Of a DNA stretch of 64,000 nt, positions 25,778-36,352 are shown in pieces; position 1 is the stretch's first letter; the number at the start of each line of letters is the position of its first letter. The stretch is from positions 260,707-324,706 of the forward strand of contig JAWLHJ010000002.1 of the NCBI GenBank assembly GCA_041690395.1, given 5' to 3'. A model generated the notes under the pieces. The model was not told where the DNA came from. It searched no databases and saw only the letters and a list, made by a program, of their open reading frames with translations. A program made the position numbers and the translations under genes. The DNA is from Longimicrobiales bacterium (GTDB taxonomy: Bacteria > Gemmatimonadota > Gemmatimonadetes > Longimicrobiales > Gaopeijiaceae).

Positions 25778-28750
25778 TCAGAACGTGATCTGGAAGCCGA
25801 AGCGGAACTGGTGCGGCGGCGGCAGCACCACGCTCTGCGAGCCTCCGAGCTGGAGGTTGCTGTCGCCGCTCGGCTCGGCGTAACCGGCCAGCTCGGGATC
25901 GAGCAGGTACGGCCGCGAGTCGTCGGGAGCGAAGATGCTCTGCGGGCTCGGGACCCAGGTCCACAGGTTCCGCGCGCCGAACGTCAGCTGCGCGTCGGAG
26001 CCGCCCAGGCGAGCCGCGAACTCCTCCGGCAGCTGGTAGCTGATGCTGACCTCACGGAGCTTGAAGAAGTCACCGTTGACCAGCAGGTAGTTGAAGGCCT
26101 GCGAGTACGAGTACGTCCCGTCCTCGTTCCCCGCGAGATCGTACCGCGTCGGGAACTGGATGCGCGGAAGCCCGTTGAACGTCGACCAGGCCGCCGCGTA
26201 ATCCTGCACGGTGCTGCCACGCGACCAGTCGCCCTGCGCCCGGATGCTGAGACCGAGCCGGGGCAGCGAGACGCTGGATCCGATGCTCCCGTTGCTCGTC
26301 GGGAACGGCGTCATGTGCTCGCCGGTCTCCGGGTGGAGGACGAGGCCTCGCGCCTGGCTGTCCGGCAGACCGTCGCCGTTGGTGTCCACCGGCTGCGAGC
26401 TGTACCGAACGCCGAGGGGAAGCCCCTCCTCGATCCGTCCGAACTCACGGCGCCCGGGGAGCGACCCGAGCTGGAACGGCGGCAAGCCGCCGAGATCCTT
26501 CACCTCGTTGCGGAGCGCGCTCCACGTGAGGCTCATGTCCCAGACCGCGCCGGGGTTCCGGACGAGGTCGACGTTGAGGCTCGCCTCGAGCCCGCGGTTC
26601 TCGATCTCACCGATGTTCCGGAGCTGCGCGCCCTGACCGGTCGACGGCTGCTCGTCGACGCTGAAGATGGCGTCGGTCGTAACGGCCCGGTATGCGGTGA
26701 AGGCGACGGCCACGCGGTTGTCCAGGAACGACGCGTCCAGGCCGGCCTCGACCGTCGTGACCCGTTCGGGCTCGAGATCGGCATTCCCGGGGTTGTCGAA
26801 GCGCGGGGCGCTCTCGCCGAGGAACGGGTCGGCGGTGAAGGTGCGGTCGCGCTGGAACGGCGGCGGGAACTTGCCCGTCACACCGTAGTTGCCGCGCAGA
26901 CGCATGGCCTGGAAGAACTCGGGGGCGATGCCGCCCGACACCATGTCGTAGGAGAGACCCACCTTCGGGTACGCCTGGTACGACACGTTGCTTCCGAACG
27001 CGGTGTTGCCGTCGAAGCGGACACCCGCCTCGAGGAAGAGCTGGTCGGCGAAGCCCGCCTGCTGGAGCAGGAAGAAGCCGCCGTTGTAGACCTCGGTCAT
27101 CCCCTCCGTGGCGGTGACCAGGGCGGCGGCGTCGAACTCCCGCACACCCGGCAGCGCGAGCTCGTCACCGGTGATGTTGGTGGTGCGCGCCTGCTCCCGG
27201 AAGCCCTGGAACCCGAACGACGTGGAGGTGGCGGTGAGGCCGGGGACGTCATAGGTCAGCGTCCCCCGGAAGTCGAGGGTCAGACCGGTGAAGTCCCGCT
27301 GGTTCGTCGCGATCCGGCCCTGCCGGTTCGTGGCGACCATCTCGATCTGCTCGTTGTGCCGCTGCTCGCTGACGCGCTTGTCGACGCCCACCGTGCCGCG
27401 GAGGTCCAGGAACTCCACCGGAGCGTACCCGAGGGTCGTGCTCAGCGTGAAGCGGTCCACGGACTCGTCGACGTCCTGCGCGTGGTAGACGGCGAGGGCG
27501 TCGGCCAGGTTGTCGGTACGCGCGAACGCGAGGAAGTCACCGACCTCCGCATTCGTGAAGGCACCGCTCGTCGTGGTGCCGTTCGGCACGCGCGAGTAGC
27601 CGTGCCGGAGGTACGTACCGCTGAAGTCCGCCGTGAGGTCGTCCGAGAGCTGAGCCGTCAGGCTCGACGTGAGGCTGTACATGGTGGAGCCGGTCTTCAC
27701 CTGCGTACCGCCACCGTCCTGGACGCGGCCGCTGATGTTGTACCCGACCCGGTCCGTGCCGCCCACCGCACTGAGGTAATAGCTCTGCTGGTGGGTGGTC
27801 TGCAGGATGCTGTTCTTCACGAAGTCCGGGTCCCAGCTCGGATGGGCGCGAGCGGTGGCGCAGTCCCCGAGATCCTCCGGGCAGGTGAACTCCATGTCGG
27901 AGATGAACTTCGTCATCGGCGCGTCCCAGCCCTGCTCCACGCGGGCCGTGAACCGGGCCTCGCCCGGACGGCCACGCTTGGTGAAGATCTGGATCACACC
28001 GCTCGCGGCGTCGGCCCCGTAGAGCGTGCTGGCCGCGCCACCCTTCGTGACCTCGATCCGCTCGATGTCGGCCACGGCGAGGTCGGCGAGCGCCGAGGTC
28101 TGCTCACCCCCGAAGTCGCTGCCGATGCCGCGCGCGTTGTCCACCCGCACGCCGTCGATGTAGATGACGGGGGTCTGATCGGCGATGGCGCTCGACGGTC
28201 CGCGGAAGCTCATGAGTCCGGCGGTGCCGGGAGACGCCGACACGGCGTTGATCTGGGCTCCCGGAATCCGCCCCTGCAGGAGCTCGGTGACGTTCGAGGC
28301 CGCCGAGCTCTGGATGTCGTCCTGTCCCACGACCGAAACCTCCGCGGAGAGCTGCCGGCGCTCCGTCGGACGACCGGTCCCGGTCACGACGATCTCTTCC
28401 ATCTCGAGCGCCGAGGACTCCATCTGGAACTCGACCGTCGCCGTGCCTCCGGCGGTGACCGTCACGGTGGACTGAGCCGGCGTGTAACCGATCAGCACGG
28501 CCCGAAGGGTCTGCTGCCCGACCGGCACATTGAGGATCAGGAACCGCCCCTGCTGGTTGGTCAGCCCTCCGAGCCCAGACCCCTCGATGGAGATCTGCGC
28601 CGACGGGAGCGGCTGACCGGTGCTGGCGTCGACGACCTGGCCCTGGACGGTCCCGGCCTGCGCGGACGCGAGCGCCGGCACGAGCAGGAACGCCAGGAGC
28701 GCTAGTGATCCGTAAAGGATCGGGCGTACCTTGGACATTGGATATTTCAT
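25778..28750 (-). CDS. SusC/RagA-like TonB-dependent receptor
   Basis: Signal peptide, N-terminal carboxypeptidase-regulatory-like domain, EEIVVTG, plug motif DIERIEVTKGGAASTLYG...GVIQIFTK, GNADLEPE, terminal Phe. Confidence 0.93.
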   Translation of the reverse strand: MKYPMSKVRPILYGSLALLAFLLVPALASAQAGTVQGQVVDASTGQPLPSAQISIEGSGLGGLTNQQGRFLILNVPVGQQTLRAVLIGYTPAQSTVTVTAGGTATVEFQMESSALEMEEIVVTGTGRPTERRQLSAEVSVVGQDDIQSSAASNVTELLQGRIPGAQINAVSASPGTAGLMSFRGPSSAIADQTPVIYIDGVRVDNARGIGSDFGGEQTSALADLAVADIERIEVTKGGAASTLYGADAASGVIQIFTKRGRPGEARFTARVEQGWDAPMTKFISDMEFTCPEDLGDCATARAHPSWDPDFVKNSILQTTHQQSYYLSAVGGTDRVGYNISGRVQDGGGTQVKTGSTMYSLTSSLTAQLSDDLTADFSGTYLRHGYSRVPNGTTTSGAFTNAEVGDFLAFARTDNLADALAVYHAQDVDESVDRFTLSTTLGYAPVEFLDLRGTVGVDKRVSEQRHNEQIEMVATNRQGRIATNQRDFTGLTLDFRGTLTYDVPGLTATSTSFGFQGFREQARTTNITGDELALPGVREFDAAALVTATEGMTEVYNGGFFLLQQAGFADQLFLEAGVRFDGNTAFGSNVSYQAYPKVGLSYDMVSGGIAPEFFQAMRLRGNYGVTGKFPPPFQRDRTFTADPFLGESAPRFDNPGNADLEPERVTTVEAGLDASFLDNRVAVAFTAYRAVTTDAIFSVDEQPSTGQGAQLRNIGEIENRGLEASLNVDLVRNPGAVWDMSLTWSALRNEVKDLGGLPPFQLGSLPGRREFGRIEEGLPLGVRYSSQPVDTNGDGLPDSQARGLVLHPETGEHMTPFPTSNGSIGSSVSLPRLGLSIRAQGDWSRGSTVQDYAAAWSTFNGLPRIQFPTRYDLAGNEDGTYSYSQAFNYLLVNGDFFKLREVSISYQLPEEFAARLGGSDAQLTFGARNLWTWVPSPQSIFAPDDSRPYLLDPELAGYAEPSGDSNLQLGGSQSVVLPPPHQFRFGFQITF

Positions 28751-29030
28751 ACCTCATCTCCGGTGAAGGTGTCGGAGCGTGACGTTCGAGTTGCGGGCGC
28801 GACCCGGCCGGAATGCACGCATCGACATACGGTTACACCTGGACCGGGCTTGGGCATGGATATGCATCCCAGGAAGTCGGTCACAAGCGCGCAGGCGGGT
28901 TGCGGAGACATAAACATGCGGTCTCGATGCATGAGGTCAACCATGCAGGGACCGACCGCCCCCTCGTTCGGCTCCGTCTCCCACCCAACCTACGACAATG
29001 CCGCGCCTCACGTGGATCCGCAAGCTTCGA

Positions 29031-29060
29031 TTGACACCGTCCCCCGACCCTGGGTACGGT
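29031..29060 (+). promoter_or_regulatory. Putative sigma70 promoter of pruA-ocd
   Basis: TTGACA-N18-TACGGT, about 80 bp upstream of ATG 29139. Confidence 0.45.
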
Positions 29061-29138
29061 GCACTCGTCCCTACGACGCGGACCACTCCTCGAGCGTGGC
29101 CGTCGTGGAAACCAGTGAGCTCCAACGAGGCAACGCCG

Positions 29139-30770
<1,632 letters not shown>

Positions 30771-30773
30771 GCC

Positions 30774-31742
30774 GTGCGCCTCGCGGTCCTGACCCGCGAC
30801 GACGTCGTGGCGGCCGTCCCCATGCCGGCGGCCATCGACGCCGTGGCGGGCGCGTACTCGGAGCTGTCCCGGGGCCGGGCGCAGTCGCCGGTCCGCCTCG
30901 GGCTCCACGCCCCCCTCGGCACGTCGCTCTTCATGCCCGGCTACCTCGAGGAGTCGGGGGCCCTGGGCGCGAAGATCGTGTCCGTCTTCCAGAGGAACCC
31001 CGAGCGGGGGCTTCCCTCGATCAACGGGATCGTGCTCCTGCTCGACCCCGAGACCGGCCTGCCCATGGCCATCATGGACGGGACGTACCTGACGGCGCTC
31101 CGGACCGGAGCGGGCTCAGGGGTCGCGACGCGGGCGCTGGCGCGCGAGGACGCGCACGTCCTCACCGTCTACGGGGCGGGCGGACAGGCGCGAGCCCAGA
31201 TCGACGCGGTCCGGGCCGTGCGGGACATCCGGGAGGTCAGGATCGTCTCCCGGACGGGCGAGTCCGCTCGCTCACTCGCGGCCGAGCTCGAGGGCGTCGA
31301 AGCACGCGCCGTGGACGACCCCGCCGAGGCCGCCCGTGGCGCCGACGTGATCTGCGCCGCGACTACCAGCGCGACCCCGGTCTTCCCGGACGACGCCGTC
31401 AGCCCCGGCGCGCACATCAACGGCGTCGGCTCGTTCAAGCCCGAGATGCAGGAGATCGCCGGCGGGCTGCTCCTTAGAGCCCGCGTCTTCGTCGACGCCC
31501 GGGACGCCGCCCTGGAAGAAGCCGGCGACCTCATCATCCCGATCCGCGAGGGCCTCTTCACAGAGGATCACATCGCCGCCGACATCGGCGAGGTCCTCGA
31601 CGGCCGCGCGCAGGGACGCCAGAACGCGGACCAGATCACCTATTTCAAGTCGGTAGGCAACGCCGTCCAGGACGTGGCGGTGGCATTGCTGGCCGTGCGC
31701 GAAGCCGAGCGCAAGGGCCTCGGCCAGACCATCGACCTGTAA
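30774..31742 (+). CDS. Ornithine cyclodeaminase / mu-crystallin family protein
   Basis: GAKIVSV, LTALRTGA, GAGGQA, HINGVGS, EEAGD, FKSVGNAVQD; starts 3 bp after the pruA stop. Confidence 0.92.
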   Translation: MRLAVLTRDDVVAAVPMPAAIDAVAGAYSELSRGRAQSPVRLGLHAPLGTSLFMPGYLEESGALGAKIVSVFQRNPERGLPSINGIVLLLDPETGLPMAIMDGTYLTALRTGAGSGVATRALAREDAHVLTVYGAGGQARAQIDAVRAVRDIREVRIVSRTGESARSLAAELEGVEARAVDDPAEAARGADVICAATTSATPVFPDDAVSPGAHINGVGSFKPEMQEIAGGLLLRARVFVDARDAALEEAGDLIIPIREGLFTEDHIAADIGEVLDGRAQGRQNADQITYFKSVGNAVQDVAVALLAVREAERKGLGQTIDL

Positions 31743-31754
31743 CGCCGGTCGCGC

Positions 31755-31932
31755 CGCTCGGGTGCGAAGCACCTCGAGCGCACCGCCCCCCAGCCCGTCG
31801 ACTCCCCGCGGGCGTGAGGAGGTGAGAAGGACCGCCCGGAGGCGAAGCGCGGAGCGGTCGCCCTCAGGGGGCTCGGATGCGCAGCATCCGGAGCGCAGCG
31901 CCCCCCTGAGGGCGACCGCTCCGCGCTTCGCC
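31755..31932. repeat. REP-like palindromic cluster with a 31-bp perfect inverted repeat
   Basis: 31841-31871 is the exact reverse complement of 31902-31932; mini-hairpins GGTGC-GAA-GCACC and GGATGC-GCA-GCATCC. Confidence 0.75.
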
Positions 31933-31949
31933 GCACAACCCAAAAGCCC

Positions 31950-33542
31950 CTAAAGCACCTGCTCCATCTCCTCGTCCGCCAACGAGTCCGGCCTCTCCCA
32001 TCCCCCGCGGTCGAACCAATCGAGGAACCCCTCCGCCGCCGCGTCCGAGTAGAGCACCGGCGTGCCGCCCCGCGCACGGATCCAGTCCGCGTCTTCCACA
32101 TTGAACACCCGGACCAACACGGGCACGTCACCCGCCATGGCCAGAAGGTGCTCGTTGTCCTCCACCCGCCGGACGGTGGACACGACGACCCGCGCCCGGT
32201 CCGCGCCCGCGCGGCGCAACAGGGAGACGTCCGCGGCGTCCCCCCGGATCGCCTCCACGCCGGCCTCCCGCACCCGCTCGACGATCTGGGGATCGTCGTC
32301 GACCGCCACGACCCGGTGGGTCCCGATGACGAGCGTCTCCAGTAGGGGCATGCCGCTCACGCCACAGCCGAGAAGGAGGACATGCCCTTCCGGCGGCTCG
32401 TCGGCCTCGACGCGGGACCGCCGCGCCGGATGGAATCGCATGAGCCCGATCGCGAGGCGATCGTTCGCCAGGAAGGGCGTGGCGGTCATCGTCATGAGCG
32501 TGACGAGGGTGATGACCGTGAAGGTCGAGGCCCCGATCTGGGCCGCCATGACCCCCTGCAAGCCGACCACGAGGGAGAACTCGCTGGTCTGCGACAGAAG
32601 CAACCCCGAGAAGATGGCCGGCCGGGCCGAGAATCCCGCGCGCTCCGCGATCAGCGCGACGAGCGGCGGGGTGACAAGCACGACGACCAGCGCGAGCGCG
32701 AACGCCTGTCCGATCTCGGCTACGGTCGGTACCCCCAGGCTCGCTCCGAGCGCGGTGAAGAAGATGGCCGTGAAGAAATCGGACAGGGAGTTGAGCTGAC
32801 CCCGGACCACGCCGTTCACCGGGAATGACGACAGCGCGAACCCCGCCAGGAACGCCCCCGACACCAGGGGCACGCCGAGCTGCTGCGACGCGAAGAGGAA
32901 GCTGAAGAGCAGCGCCAGGACGGCCAACAGGAGCAGCTCCTCGTCCAGTGAAAGACGACGGAGCAGCTCCGGCAGGACCCAGCGCAGCAGCACATACGCC
33001 ACGACCACCAGGAACAGGGTGCCTCCGACACCGGCCGCGACCGACGCGCCCCCCTCCGGTAGCCGCGTCACGACGGGAATCAGCAGGATGACCGCCAGGT
33101 CCTGGAGGAGGAGCACCCCGATCACGAGTCGACCGAACGACTCGAAGAGCTGCCGGCGCAGCTGGAGCATCCGCACGACCACGAGGGTCGACGAAGCCGT
33201 CAGCGCCAACGCCAGGTAGACGGACGTCTGAGGGTCGAAGGACAGCGCCCGCGCCGCCGCGTAGCCGAGCGCCCCGAGAACCAGGAACTGCACGGTGCCG
33301 ACGGCGACCGCCGCGGTCTTCTGCCGACGTACCCGTCTCGGGTTGAGCTCCATCCCGGCCACGAACACCAGGAACGTGATGCCGAGCACGAGACTGTCCT
33401 GCAGGTAACCGGGCTCCACGTGTAGCGTCAGGGAGAGGCCGAAGCCGGCGAAGATCAGGAACGGGATCGCGGGCAGGCCGAGAAGCCGCGCGATTCCGAA
33501 GCCCGCGGCGGCGGCCGCGAGAAGCATGGCGAGCTCGATCAT
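31950..33542 (-). CDS. CPA2 cation:proton antiporter with C-terminal KTN/TrkA-N domain
   Basis: FVAGMEL, ASSTLVVV, LLLQDL, GAFLAG, QTSEFS; KTN LLGCGVSG...GDA. Confidence 0.9.
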   Translation of the reverse strand: MIELAMLLAAAAAGFGIARLLGLPAIPFLIFAGFGLSLTLHVEPGYLQDSLVLGITFLVFVAGMELNPRRVRRQKTAAVAVGTVQFLVLGALGYAAARALSFDPQTSVYLALALTASSTLVVVRMLQLRRQLFESFGRLVIGVLLLQDLAVILLIPVVTRLPEGGASVAAGVGGTLFLVVVAYVLLRWVLPELLRRLSLDEELLLLAVLALLFSFLFASQQLGVPLVSGAFLAGFALSSFPVNGVVRGQLNSLSDFFTAIFFTALGASLGVPTVAEIGQAFALALVVVLVTPPLVALIAERAGFSARPAIFSGLLLSQTSEFSLVVGLQGVMAAQIGASTFTVITLVTLMTMTATPFLANDRLAIGLMRFHPARRSRVEADEPPEGHVLLLGCGVSGMPLLETLVIGTHRVVAVDDDPQIVERVREAGVEAIRGDAADVSLLRRAGADRARVVVSTVRRVEDNEHLLAMAGDVPVLVRVFNVEDADWIRARGGTPVLYSDAAAEGFLDWFDRGGWERPDSLADEEMEQVL

Positions 33543-35191
33543 CCGTAGATCCCCTCCGCCCCGAGGGCCTCGGTCAGGCGCCGGGTGCCCGCCGTCTTCG
33601 AGTCCATGAGGTGGGTCGCCCCGATCTCGCGCAGATCAGGGACGACCGCGATGTCGAAGGCGTGGATGCTGCAGGGGACGTCGAGGGTGCCGCAACGGTA
33701 CGCCAGCAGGTTGTTGGCGTCCTCGATCTGAAGCGCCGATACCAGGAGTCGGGCCCGCCGGATTCCCGCGGACTCGAGCACGGCGAGATCGTCGGTGTTG
33801 CCGACGAGGGTGGCTCCCCCGACGCCGGCCAGCTTCGACGGATCGGTGTCCACGGCGAGCGTGGGCAGATCGCGGTCCCGGAGGCCCTCCACGATGCGCT
33901 TCCCCAGCGAGTTCATACCGACCACGATCACGTGGTCCCGCAGACCGTAGGCGGGGCCGTGTCCACCACCGGCCCCCTCACGGTCGCGAGCCCCCTCGTG
34001 GGGAGCCTGGAACAGCTTGAGGGCGCCCCGCGCCCTCAGGCGCGCGTACACCCTGCGGGAGTTGAGGATGAGCGCCGACGACAGGCCCATCGTCACCAGC
34101 CCGATCAAGCCGATGACGGAAAGGAGCTCCTCCCCGATCAGCCCCGCCGAGAGGCCGAGGCCCGCCAGGATGAACGAGAACTCCGACGTCTGGGCCAGCG
34201 TCAGCCCGGCCAGCGCCGCCGTCCGCTCGCCGAATCCGAGTCGGGGGATCACCGTCAGGAGAATGGCCGGCTTGACCGTCATCACGAACACGATCAGCGC
34301 CAGCGCCAGCGGCCAGCGTCCGAGCGCCCCGGCGGGATCCATGTGGACGCCGAGGGTCACGAAGAAGACGGCGATGAAGAAGTTCACCAGGGGAGCGACC
34401 CGCCGGCGCAGCTCGTCGTTGAATGGAAGCTGCGCCAGCGCGATCCCGGCCAGGAACGCGCCCAGCTCGACGGAGAGGCCCAGGTGCTCCGCTCCCAGAA
34501 TGAGGAGGAAGCACCATGCGAGGCTCCACACGAGTGTGGCCTCGGACGAGGCACCGATCCAGTGGAACGCCGGGGGCAGCAGCCAACGCGAGGCGGCCAC
34601 GGCCACGGCCACCAGAAGGCCCATCCCCCCGAACGCGACGGCGAGATCCATCGCCATGTCTGTGAGCGTCGAACCCCCGTCCGCGAGCCCGGAGACGAAC
34701 GTGAGGACCACGACGACGAGAAGATCCTGCACCAGCAGGATTCCGAGCGTGATCTTGCCGTAGGTCTCACTCAGGTCTCCGCGCTGTTCGAGCAGCTTGA
34801 CCACGATGACGGTCGAGCTGAACGACAGGGCCACGCCCAGAAAGAGCGCTTCCCGCAGAGGTAGCCCGAGCGCGTAGGCTATGGCCGCGCCCAACAGCGC
34901 CGAGATCCCCACCTGGACGCTCCCACCGACCACGGCCACCCGCCCGAGATCCTTGATCGCGGCGAAGGAGAGCTCGAGGCCGACCAGGAACAGGAGAAGC
35001 GCGATCCCGACTTCGGAGGCCAACTCCACGCCCTCCCCGACTTCCAGCAGGCCCGTGACCGGCCCAAGAAGAAGCCCGGCGAGAATGTACGCCACGATCG
35101 ACGGGATGCGGAGCGGCCGGGCCAGGAGCGCGAACACGGCGGCGCTCACCAGAATGATGCCGAGATCGAGCAGGATTGGAGCGTCAGGCAC
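33539..35191 (-). CDS. CPA2 cation:proton antiporter with KTN domain (paralog)
   Basis: LLFLVGLEL, FSSTVIVVK, LLVQDL, LGAFLAG, QTSEFSF; KTN VVGMNSLG; 4-bp overlap with the next gene. Confidence 0.9.
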   Translation of the reverse strand: MPDAPILLDLGIILVSAAVFALLARPLRIPSIVAYILAGLLLGPVTGLLEVGEGVELASEVGIALLLFLVGLELSFAAIKDLGRVAVVGGSVQVGISALLGAAIAYALGLPLREALFLGVALSFSSTVIVVKLLEQRGDLSETYGKITLGILLVQDLLVVVVLTFVSGLADGGSTLTDMAMDLAVAFGGMGLLVAVAVAASRWLLPPAFHWIGASSEATLVWSLAWCFLLILGAEHLGLSVELGAFLAGIALAQLPFNDELRRRVAPLVNFFIAVFFVTLGVHMDPAGALGRWPLALALIVFVMTVKPAILLTVIPRLGFGERTAALAGLTLAQTSEFSFILAGLGLSAGLIGEELLSVIGLIGLVTMGLSSALILNSRRVYARLRARGALKLFQAPHEGARDREGAGGGHGPAYGLRDHVIVVGMNSLGKRIVEGLRDRDLPTLAVDTDPSKLAGVGGATLVGNTDDLAVLESAGIRRARLLVSALQIEDANNLLAYRCGTLDVPCSIHAFDIAVVPDLREIGATHLMDSKTAGTRRLTEALGAEGIYG

Positions 35192-35340
35192 GATGCGCCG
35201 AAGGCGGAGGTTGTCGGAGGGTCCGGACGGAGGACCAGGAAGGAAGTTCGTGCCGCTCGGGACCCCGCACCACCCCGTCGTCGCCCGCCGCGGGGGCCCA
35301 TGGGCTTGCCGCCGATCGCGGGCGTCGCGAGATACCTGCC

Positions 35341-36213
35341 ATGGGACCCGGGGACGACGTCGCTCGCTACTACGACCGCAACACGGACCGCTTCCTCCGC
35401 TTCGGGGGCGGCGCGGACGCGCTCGCCATCCACCGGGAGCTGTGGGCGCCGGACGTGCGAACGTCCGCGGAGGCGAAAGGTCACGTCAATCGACTCCTCG
35501 CCGACGCGATCGAGGCCCGACATCCGCGCGCTCCGACCGTGCTAGACCTGGGGTGCGGTGTGGGGGGCACCCTGTTCGACCTCGCCGCGCGGTTCCCGGA
35601 CGGGCGCCTACACGGCGTGACGCTGAGCCGCCGTCAGGCCGAGCTCGGCCGTGAGCTGGCCGAAGGGCGCGGCCTCGGCGATCGCTGCAGCGTGCATCTC
35701 GGAGACTTCGAGCATGCAAAGCCCCCGGTGGAGCTTTCGCGGCTCCGGGCCGACGCCGTCGTGTCGGTCGAGGCGCTGGCGCACGCGCGTGACGCGCGCG
35801 CCTTCTTCCGGACGGCCGCGGCGCGGCTCGGTCGGCCGGACGGGGTGCTGATCGTCGTCGACGATTTCCTCACCCGTGAGGAGGCCGAGCTGGCAGGATG
35901 GGAGCTCCACCTGGTGCGGGACTTCAAGGCCGGATGGCGCCTCGGCACCCTCCGGACGCCGCGCGGCGTGGCCGCCCTCGCGGCGGACGCGGGGCTTGAG
36001 CTGGTCGACGACCGGGATCTCACGTCACTCATCCGGATCGGGCGGCCGCGTGATCTAGCCATCCGGGCCGTCGCCCCCCTGCTCCCCCTGATCGGGATGA
36101 CCCGTGTCCCGTTCTTCGGCAACATGGTCGGGGGGAACGCCCTACAAGCCGGCATCCGAAAGGGAGTGTTCGGTTATCGCATGCTCACGTTCGAGCTGCG
36201 CGGCCCCGAATAG
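35341..36213 (+). CDS. Class I SAM-dependent methyltransferase
   Basis: VLDLGCGVGG, GVTLS...Q, GDF, SVEALAH. Confidence 0.85.
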   Translation: MGPGDDVARYYDRNTDRFLRFGGGADALAIHRELWAPDVRTSAEAKGHVNRLLADAIEARHPRAPTVLDLGCGVGGTLFDLAARFPDGRLHGVTLSRRQAELGRELAEGRGLGDRCSVHLGDFEHAKPPVELSRLRADAVVSVEALAHARDARAFFRTAAARLGRPDGVLIVVDDFLTREEAELAGWELHLVRDFKAGWRLGTLRTPRGVAALAADAGLELVDDRDLTSLIRIGRPRDLAIRAVAPLLPLIGMTRVPFFGNMVGGNALQAGIRKGVFGYRMLTFELRGPE

Positions 36214-36223
36214 ATACGGCCAT

Positions 36224-36265
36224 GAAGAAGGGGCCCCGGGCGGACGCCCGAGACCCCTCTTCATT
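36224..36265. terminator. Imperfect hairpin between convergent genes
   Basis: GAAGAAGGGG...GGGC-GGAC-GCCC...CCCCTCTTC. Confidence 0.4.
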
Positions 36266-36352
36266 CTCACGCCGGAAGCCCACGTCGAGCTCCCGACCGA
36301 ACCGGGCCGGACGGCGCCCCGCTTCCGCGGAACGCCGGCCAACCCTCCGTCG

